From Octopus sinensis (lineage: Eukaryota): a stretch of 64,000 bases of DNA. Made by a program: the position numbers and the translations under genes. The notes below the pieces were generated by a model that saw nothing but the letters and a program-made list of their open reading frames with translations, did not search any database and was not told the DNA's origin. Shown here in pieces: positions 54,810 through 64,000 of this stretch (position 1 is the first letter of the stretch; each line of letters opens with the position of its first letter). Location of the stretch: assembly GCF_006345805.1 (NCBI RefSeq), contig NC_043002.1:79298001-79362000 (forward strand), written 5' to 3'.

Positions 54810-55924
54810 TAATAATAATAATAATAATAACAATAATAATAATATGAATAATAATAATGATAATAATAATAATAATGATAATAATAATATGGTTTAATCG
54901 ACTTAAATTGTTGACCAGGTATCCTATTATTGAAAGGTTAATAAGTTGTATTTTACTCCAGGGTTAAATATACCATCTTCTATAAAAGATATCAATAAAT
55001 ATTAATCTATATTTTGGATTCTAGTGATGTAAGACTAGAAAAGCAATGTCTGTACATGTTTTCTCTTTTGTTAGTTAACTTTAATGTTGTATATTTTTGT
55101 CAGTAAACACAAGTGTTCTTCACTACGATAAATCAAATTTTATTCACAACAACACTTGCATATTATTCTCCCTTGAAGAATCTATTGTTGTTAATTTTTT
55201 TTTTAATGTTTTATATAAATAATGTGTAACTTTTTGTTTTCTCGTAAAAAAAAAAATCGTCGCTAGATCTTTTATGAGCTGCGCCAAAATATATGGAAGA
55301 TACAGAGTGAAAAAAAAAACAAAGACTTGATTGCAAATGAAAATTTAGGACAAACATTTTCTTCAGCCACGTAAAATATTATAACTATTTCGTGAGTAGA
55401 TAAATAGATAAAGCCTTTTGAAACATTTATTCGTTGTTTTATACAGACTTAAATGATCTCATTAGTATTGTTATAATACTTTTCAGCAATTTTTTTCTTT
55501 CAAAAGTATACTCATATCCTGTTACAGATTGCTACTGACTTCGATTTATATATACAATAATAGAATTCATATTTTCTGACCTGTATCTGCTACCATTGGT
55601 TTCACGCACACATGTATACGATTCTCAGGCGAATTACTAATTCGCTTATGGCGAGGCGTTTAAATAAAGTTTAAGCATGTAGTGTTTATACTTTTCTAAT
55701 TGTGAGATTCCATTCTCGATAATTCATTAATCGAATGACAATTAACATTTAAGACAGGTCTATAACCTTATAAATATAATAGTACTAAAGTATGCGGGGT
55801 TCAATATAACAATCAAATATATATTATTACTATTAAATATATTTAGTGATGAAAAGACCTATATAAGTATATACTAATAGACTCACATGAGATTGAGCAC
55901 TTTTGTGTTGACTTCTTGTATATA

Positions 55925-56560
55925 TATTCTATTCAAACATTATATAGATCACCACAGTATCAACCAAACCACCAGACGCTGTTATACACTGTTGGTAACA
56001 AAACACTTCCAATTTCGTCTTGATTGCGCCTTTCTTTTCTATCTTGACCCAAACTGCTTGACAAAATCGTCTTGCTATCGCCGTGAGGTCTTCCATGTAG
56101 CCTTTTCCAATCTCTTGGATACCACTTAGCAACTTTCCGAGTCCAGCTGTTGTCCTGTGAATCTTGTGAATATGTCCGTCCCAACGGAACTTTTGTTGCC
56201 GGTATGCTGCGATCACATCATTCGCTCCGCACCGTTCACGAATGATCTCATTTCAAATGTGCTCTTTTAGAGATGCTCTTAGCATGGATCTTTCCATGAC
56301 TCTTTGCATCGTAGCCGATAGATTTTCTATCTTCTTCGTAGAAGTCCACGTTTCACTTACATGCAAGAACACAAATTGGAAGTACTATTGAAGAGTCTGG
56401 CACGTATAGCATTAACAAATTTCGTTTGGAGCGCATCCTTTATTGAATTAAATGCCCCCCTCCTGCCCTTATTCTTTTCCAGATTTCAGCAGCCATATTT
56501 CGGCGCATAACAACGGGATGCTATAAGTAGACGTACTCCTTTTCCTCTTCGATATATCTT
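55925..56560 (-). mobile_element. RTE-clade LINE 3' remnant
   Basis: KEYVYL, AFNSIKD, RARLFNST, SETWT, QRVMERSML, KFRWDGHI, WTRKVAKWYPRDWKRLHGRP. Confidence 0.88.
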
Positions 56561-56629
56561 ATATCTTTTACTTGCTTCAACCCTTGAAGCTCATGCCATG
56601 CTAAGGCACCGTCTTTAGTGTGATTGATT

Positions 56630-57340
56630 CTTTCCAGAATTGTTTCTGGTGAAGTAGCGGATTGGACAGGACTGCTCTTGGTTGTGGTTCTTGCCATGAT
56701 GTGAGTTCATCAGATATGTTAGATTAAAGTTTGTCCAAACCTTCTTTGAACACTTACACAACTACAACTTGCAGACCTCTGAAATTGTTAGGCAGAATGT
56801 TGAAAAGTTGTGGACCCTGAAACCTAAGCTGTTACCGTAGTGGGTCCTTATTCTAGATGTAAAAAATGGGATCTTTGGTACAATGGAGCGCAATCCAATT
56901 TGGTGTTTGATATTGCTTTATATCCCAAAATTAGAAGCTCGACGTTCTAGGATCTTCCATATTTATATGATTGCATATATTTCGAGTCTCCTCTCATAGT
57001 AGTAGAGTCTCAGTTCCTTTAACTTCTCTTAGTAGTTCATCTTTTGCACTAAGTCAGTCTTCACTGTGATTTTGGAATGATTCTAGTTCCGCTGTTGGTT
57101 TAACGATCCGTGGTGACAATAGTTGAGAGCAGCAATCTAGGTAACTGAGAACGAATGAATGGTGCAGTAACCATTTTCTTGGTTCTGAATGATCTCAAAA
57201 TGCAAGCAGCTACTCGCCTGGATAGTGTTGACATCTTAGTAATATGCAGATGGAATGTTGCATCATTACTCATATGGATTCTCAGATCTAACATAGACTG
57301 CACTGGAATTGCACTACCACCTGGTCCTGTAAATTTCGAG
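56630..57340 (-). mobile_element. CR1-like LINE 3' remnant
   Basis: ILRSFRT, IRSQL.YCSQL, MNY*EKLKELRLYYYERR, IYIWKIL, GPQLFNILP. Confidence 0.85.
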
Positions 57341-57377
57341 TACATACATACATACATACATACATACATACATACAT

Positions 57378-57412
<35 letters not shown>

Positions 57413-57775
57413 CATGACTGTGTGTGGTTAACAAGCCCGCTTTGCAACCACGTGATTTAGGGATCAGTACCACTCCGCGAAACCTTGGGCAAGTGTCTCC
57501 TATTGTAGCCCTGCGACAACCAATGCCGTCTGAGTGAATTTGTTGGATGGAAACTGAATGGAAGCCCATCGTGTGTGTATGTGTATGGATACACAAATGT
57601 GTCTATGTTTGTATGTGTGTGTGAATGTTTATGTTTGTCCCCAACGACGCGTTCCAACCGGTGTTGGCTTGTGTAACATTGAGGTTCGACCAAAGAGACT
57701 GATCGAATACGTAGCAGATTTATAAAAATAAGTAAACACTTCAAGGTGGGCTTCAGGATGGCAGCGGTCTAGGGA
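57413..57775 (+). mobile_element. SINE family A, diverged
   Basis: ctgtgtgtggttaa...ccttgggcaagtgtct...ggaaactgaatggaagccc. Confidence 0.8.
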
Positions 57776-57891
57776 CTAAAACAAGTAACATTTTTGAGTT
57801 GCGTATATATATATATATACATACATACATACATAAATAAATATATATATATATACATACATATATATATATGTCTGTCTGTCTGTATGCA

Positions 57892-57935
<44 letters not shown>

Positions 57936-57942
<7 letters not shown>

Positions 57943-58069
57943 AAAGTTTCTTTTAAAAGAATATTTGTATAGTGTTCAAATATAAGTGGCATTTTCCTTG
58001 TTACTGCCTTTCTCTGTCTCTCTTGTTTACACTTGTGGGTTCGAGGTCGTTGTGAATTATACACACACA

Positions 58070-58163
<94 letters not shown>

Positions 58164-58289
58164 ATAGAATTCACAACGACCTCGAACCCACAAGTGTAAA
58201 CAAGAGAGACAGAGAAAGGCAGTAACAAGGAAAATGCCACTTATATTTGAACACTATACAAATATTCTTTTAAAAAAACTTTTCTTTTA
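57936..58289. repeat. Near-perfect ~350-bp palindrome: ~125-bp arms around a self-complementary (CA)n(TA)n(TG)n core
   Basis: 57936-58060 is the reverse complement of about 58163-58289, with two 1-nt indels. Confidence 0.95.
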
Positions 58290-58319
58290 ATTTTTCTAAA
58301 TTTAATTATTTAATCGTTA

Positions 58320-58710
58320 CATCTGCCATGATGATGGGAATATCTTTTTGAAAATCAAAGAGAAAGAGGATAACTTTGGACAACTGCTTTGAATCATCCA
58401 GCTTCTTTACTCAGGTTACAAATAGATTCATATTTATACCAATAATAAATGGTACATTTAATTTTGTGAGTAATTGCCTAAGCGACATCTGGGAAAGTTG
58501 TGCTTTTCTAAATAAGAAATCAATCAGCTAACATGCACATTACAAATATAGACTGTAAGCGGAATAGTAAAAATGTGCAAGACTCGTCTCAAGTTTAAAA
58601 TGTGAATTTGTTTTGTTATTCACTTCTCAAAGATGGATGTTTGTAGCTTTTCTACAAACCAGCTCTTTCTTTGCAGGAATACTTCAAATGATTAAAACTA
58701 GAAGAGAATA
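58320..58710 (+). mobile_element. R4/Dong-like LINE 3' remnant (same family as 10158-10500)
   Basis: NIFLKIKEKEDNFGQLL*IIQLLYSGYK, FIFIPII and VSGIVKMCKT, plus a homologous 3' UTR. Confidence 0.75.
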
Positions 58711-60179
58711 CCCCTTCCTCCACTCACACACACTTGTGTCTTTCTTTTGTCAACTTCCCTACGTGTGTATAAATGTTTTTTGATTTTAATTTGAAAGGAA
58801 ATGGAAATTGTGATATTAATTTGAGACTTTAGCAATGTAAGTGAATAAACTAAAGTTGTGGACTTGGCCTACAAATCCTATAATAATACAGAGCGAAGAT
58901 AATTTAATGCAATGGTGAAAACTAATTGGCTTATTACAAAGATCTGACTACTATAGAGTAGAACTCTACTTCGTTCTTCCTTTCCAAACCAGTTTTAGAA
59001 AAATAAAATAAATATAAATATTTAAATATGTTCGTTATACAAATCACGAAATAAACAATTCCTATTTATTATTCTATAAAGATTGTCAGAGTTTTTCAGT
59101 AATTGAGCTGTGAAGCAAATATGGTGGATTTATTTTTGTCAACTGTTGACAGTGAAAAGTACACCAATTCATTGGCAGTTAAACAAACACACAACATTCG
59201 TCTTTAAATATTGTTAGAATGACTTCAAGACATACAAGTGAATATTTTCTTGTCATCTTAGAAATATTGAAATAAATTAATTCTTGCAATAAACGCAATA
59301 AACTATTCAAGACTGCAAAATTAATTAATTCTTGCAATATTTTTGAAGAATTACAGTGGATTTTATTTTAAAGAAAATAAATTTATTTCATTTTTTTTTA
59401 TTTTGGTTGTTTTTGTTGTATTTTTTGGTAATAAAATTTTTATTTCATTCTGCACATGACCTCTTCGAAATAAAGACTAAATTATTTATTTTTCGCAGTG
59501 AATCTGTACAAGTTGAAGTATGGTATTATCTGTGATTGTAAAACATTACTTAAATTTCGCTGTAGACTCTGGTTCTGGAAATTTTAAAGGAAACCTAATA
59601 GTAAACTTGCAATTAGAAGAAGGAATAATAATAATAATAATAATAATATAATAATAATAATAATAATAATAATATAATATAATAATAATAATAATAATAA
59701 TAATGATAATAACAACAATAATATTGTTAATATATTATCGAGTGGTGAGGAAGAAAAACTAGAGAACCAAGATAAATGTTTTAGAGAATTGGATTGATGT
59801 TATACTTTGAAAACCCCTTTTGCGATTGTGTATGGCTTTCGTCCTCCAGAAGCTGATGTAATAAGTAGCAGTGCCACATTGGGCTCACTTAAATGAATTA
59901 TACACTTTCCTTCACAATATTTGCTACAAATGAAAAGAAAAAGGAATTAGTTACCTTTTATTATTTCCGTATTACTCCAGCTTTTCAGCTGATAAAATCT
60001 CCTGTATAGAAAGGTAGATTCAACTCGGGCCTTCAAGCTGATGAACCCAAAACGTTGCATAATTCATCGTACACTATACATTTGCCTGAGTAAAATATCT
60101 TCTCTTAAATTGCTTCACTGAACGACTTCTTTCGAAGGTTCACTCCAAGGTCCATATTATCAAATTTATCCTCATAGAT

Positions 60180-60390
60180 GGTGGGTTGGCAGAATCATTA
60201 CTGTGCCGGAATAAAATGCTTAGCGGCATTTCTTCCGACCTTTCGTTGCGAGTTCATATGTCGCCTAAGTTGACTTTTCATCCCTACGTGGTCGATAAAA
60301 TAAGTATCAGTGGAACACTGGAGTCGATGTAAGCGATTTAAACCCTTCCCCGAAATTGCTGGCCGCGTGTCAAAATTAGAATCTACTATT
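60180..60390 (+). mobile_element. SINE family B, diverged
   Basis: tggcagaatcatta...aaatgcttagcggcattt...gtcgataaaataagta. Confidence 0.8.
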
Positions 60391-60650
60391 GAATTGAACT
60401 TCACAGATAAGCATTTCCCAAAGTTTTGTTCTTTTCATGAACGATAAATTTATTTAAAAAAACCTGTGAAAATACACTAGAATCCCAAGTTTACTGTATA
60501 GAAGAACAGTTAACAATTTTCATCCCGTTTCCATTTTTTCTATCTCGTTTGTAGTTTTTCTAATGCAGAACGTTTTCTATGACGAAAATGCCCTGGAATA
60601 CACAATCAACATTAAACCATTCGAAGCTCATACAATATTAATCTTTAACA

Positions 60651-60890
60651 TTAAGCCCTTTTGATACCACGCAACCCTGAACACGCCTTGATTCTATGAT
60701 TCAAAATTTGTATTTTAAAGAGATCTAAATTAAAAGCTTCCATCAAAATTTCATATTAATTTATATTCCAAATACCAGCTTAATAATGATGAAGTTATGT
60801 TACTAAATTCTTGTATTAATTCATTATTTTCTAAATGAATGGAAACAAAAGCAGTGTACTTCACCAGAAATATGGTAGCAATACCATTAA
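60651..60890. mobile_element. piggyBac-like MITE remnant
   Basis: ttaa-gcccttttgatacca at the left end and tggtagcaatacca-ttaa at the right end: degenerate TIRs with TTAA flanks. Confidence 0.5.
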
Positions 60891-62863
60891 GCAATAACAT
60901 TTTAAACTGAATAATAACCATATTATATTCTACGAGATGATCATGTTCTCCAGTTTTGCAGAGCTTTGTATAGGTTACATGCGTTATTTCTTTCTTTCTG
61001 AGTAGTAAGTACTCTCGCCATATACATAGTCATTTACTGATTCCAACGCTGTTGTGCCAAATTTTCTGTATTTATTGACAACAAGATGTCTTAAAGTCTT
61101 TGAGAATTGTGTGTCATTGTCACCGTGGACAGAATTCATTCAGCAGGCAGGTGACTTCATATCCACCCAGCCAGCTGCTGTGTCTGTTAATCTGTAAATA
61201 TCAAAAATATGAAAGCAATGAAAATATAACAGCCAGGACTAATTGAATGATAAGTTTTGAACCGATGCAGAATTATGCGTTCGTTTATGGAAAAATCTAT
61301 TACTCCGCCTACAAAAATAAGAAAATAAATCAAATTAGAAACTAAAAAGAAAAAAAAACAACACAATAAATTTACCAATAAAAATCGGTACATCAACTGT
61401 AAATTTTCATAACTCTAATTTGCTGTTGTCTAGAATTTTTGCAGTAACACTGGTTTATCAGTTTGAGAGGGAGAGACACAGCTAGAAGAGAAAGACATAG
61501 ATAGATAGACAGATAGGTAGAGATAGAGAAAGGGAGAGAGAAACAGAGAGAGAGAGAGAGACAGACAGAAAAAGAAGTAGAAAAAAAAGGAGATAAAGTG
61601 GAGGAAGAACAGGGGGATGAGGAGAAAGAGTCTTAATTGCACAAGCTGTACTATGCTAATCAGATGCCATACTAAATAAATTGCCGTAAAGAAAATTTCA
61701 GAATGATGGAAGATAATTATTGGCTTTGGTCGAAGACAACGGTTGAATAGCTCAAGGGTGGCGCCACCTATGGGAAGAAAAAAAATATAATTTCTCGTCT
61801 GCTAGGATGTCATTTTGGTGATTAGTGTTCAAAACGTTTTAGTGGCGCCTATAAGTTATTCTGTAATAAGTGGCGTTGAAAACACTTCCCTGCAACGACC
61901 CATTTTGCATACATTTTGTAAAGGTTAAGCTGTAATAATCTTTTTCATACCCTCTCTGATATAACTCGTTGAATTTGATAAATTTTTTGTTGAAAATTTT
62001 CCTTGTTTTTCTCTTCTTTATTTTATTTTTCACTTATGTTTTCGCCATTTTTTCTTCTTGACTTTTCTTTTATTTTCGTTTTCTTTTCTGTTTTCTAATT
62101 TTGTTTTGAAAGAAACTATTGTTTTCTCTTGCTTCCTAAATTGCCAAAGGCCTATTTTTGATGATCTCTCTCGGAAAAATAGCTGTGACGCATATATCAC
62201 TCGTTAGGAGGTCGTTGGCAGTGTAATTGCGAACATTCAATCTTGTCGAAATTTTATGTTTTCTTATCGAGTATTAGAAAAATGGTTGAATTTTCAAACG
62301 TGAGGTTTCTATGAAACATTCATATTTTAGTTTAATTGCCTTCTATTAATTGAAGTTGTTTTCAGTGAACAAGAAAAAGAATAAAAATGCAAAATGAAAA
62401 AAGTAGACAAAAAGAATAATACAACAACGAAAGCGAAAATAAATAGTTAAGAAGTTCTTGGGTTCTAAATTAAGATGTCGTTATATGACAAAATTATATT
62501 TCACTCTTTACTTACGTATTACTTCTATTTCTTATCGTCTGCTTCTTTTTACCATCCTTCCTTTCTTTCTTCCTTCCTTCCTTCCTTTTCTTTCTTTTTC
62601 TTTCCTTCCACTTTTTCTTTCACTCCTTTTCTACTGTATTTTCAACCTTTTTTCTTTTTCCTTCATTCTACATATGCACGCGTGCGCACACACACACACG
62701 CGAGCGCACACACACACACGCGAGCGCACACACACACGCATGTATATTTATACACACAAACATACATGCAGACATATACACATAAGTATATATAAAACAT
62801 ACGCATACATACTCACACACACATACGTTCTTGCATACGTATCTATATCTATCTATCTATATC

Positions 62864-62992
<129 letters not shown>

Positions 62993-63313
62993 ATACGTAT
63001 GTATATATGCTTGAAAGTGTATGTCTGTCTTTGAGTATGCATAGACATACATATTTATGCATAAGTACATATGTCCAATGTGTGACAGCGACATACGTTC
63101 CGCTTGATATCTAGGCGTCTATATCTTTATCTATATCTTATCTAATTTTCTATCTACGGTTTCTCAATTTCGTTTTTCTATAGATTATCATACGTCGCTC
63201 ACACACATCACAGACACATGCGCACACACACACGCACACGCACGCGCACATATATATCAGTGTGTGTGCGTAAGCGTTATGCATATATATGTATATATAT
63301 ATATATATTGCGG

Positions 63314-63562
63314 AGACCCCTTCGGTCACGAATGCATACCAGCCTCCTCTCTCCACGCCACCGATGTCATCCAAGGAAAAGGCAAAGTCCAATACACCTT
63401 GGCATCGGTGAGGTCGCAATTCATTCCTACAGCTGAGTGAACTGTAGCAACGTGAAATAAAGTATCTTGCTTAAGAACACAACTCGCAGCCCGGTCCAGG
63501 ATGCGGACTCACAACCTCACGGCCGTAAGCTCGACGCTCTAACTACTGAGCCATGCACCTTC
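63314..63562 (-). mobile_element. SINE family C with an internal deletion
   Basis: Colinear with 47532-47866 but lacks ~85 bp between two atg microhomologies. Confidence 0.85.
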
Positions 63563-64000
63563 ACTATATATATGTATATATTTATATTTATTCATATATA
63601 CGCATATTCATACACACAGATATATCCATATACATGTATATGTTTGTGTATATATATTCATGTATTTATGTGTACATGTATATATGTAGAGAGAGACAAT
63701 GTATCCTTTATTCATATACTATATTACTTGTTTCAGTTATTGCACTGTGGCCATGATTGTGCATCTCCTTAAAGGTTTTCATCCATCAAATTGAACCCAG
63801 TACCTACTTTTTAAAGTATGGTGCTCATTCTACTGGGGGTTTTACTGAACTTCTGAATGATAGGATGTCAGCAAAACGTCACCGTTGTCAGCAGAGCAAA
63901 AAATCGTCCAGTATATAGTTATATACTGTATTTAGGGATAAATAAGTAACATATAAAGAGCTATATAGTTATAGAGAATAACTTTATATCCAAGTATAGT

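Overview
AT-rich, microsatellite-saturated eukaryotic DNA. It is most likely an octopus or other coleoid cephalopod intron/intergenic region; I infer this from recalled tRNA-derived SINE families and the repeat landscape, not from a database search. I find no intact protein-coding gene. Almost all supplied ORFs are translations of simple repeats, and the real coding remnants are decayed transposons: four mariners, one Tc1, one DD41D element, an internally deleted FLYWCH-MULE, RTE, CR1 and R4/Dong LINE pieces, a Penelope-like RT, and a possible Gypsy LTR/gag piece. There are also many SINEs, MITEs and a non-autonomous Helitron. The most interesting signal is a set of short (about 160-460 bp) non-coding modules, mostly unrelated in sequence, that sit in (TA)n or (CTAT)n tracts and carry minimal type I hammerhead-ribozyme (HHR) folds. 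They are stacked in two clusters (6596-8057 and 47999-48992), with singles at about 30.5 kb and 44.7 kb. They include a G3:C8 core-swapped variant, a well-formed fold at 48813-48869, a 333-bp terminally redundant retrozyme-like unit, and an inverted pair bracketing the Penelope-like RT. Several near-perfect fold-back inverted repeats are centred on or abut (TA)n tracts. All folds and alignments were done by eye, so boundaries are approximate.
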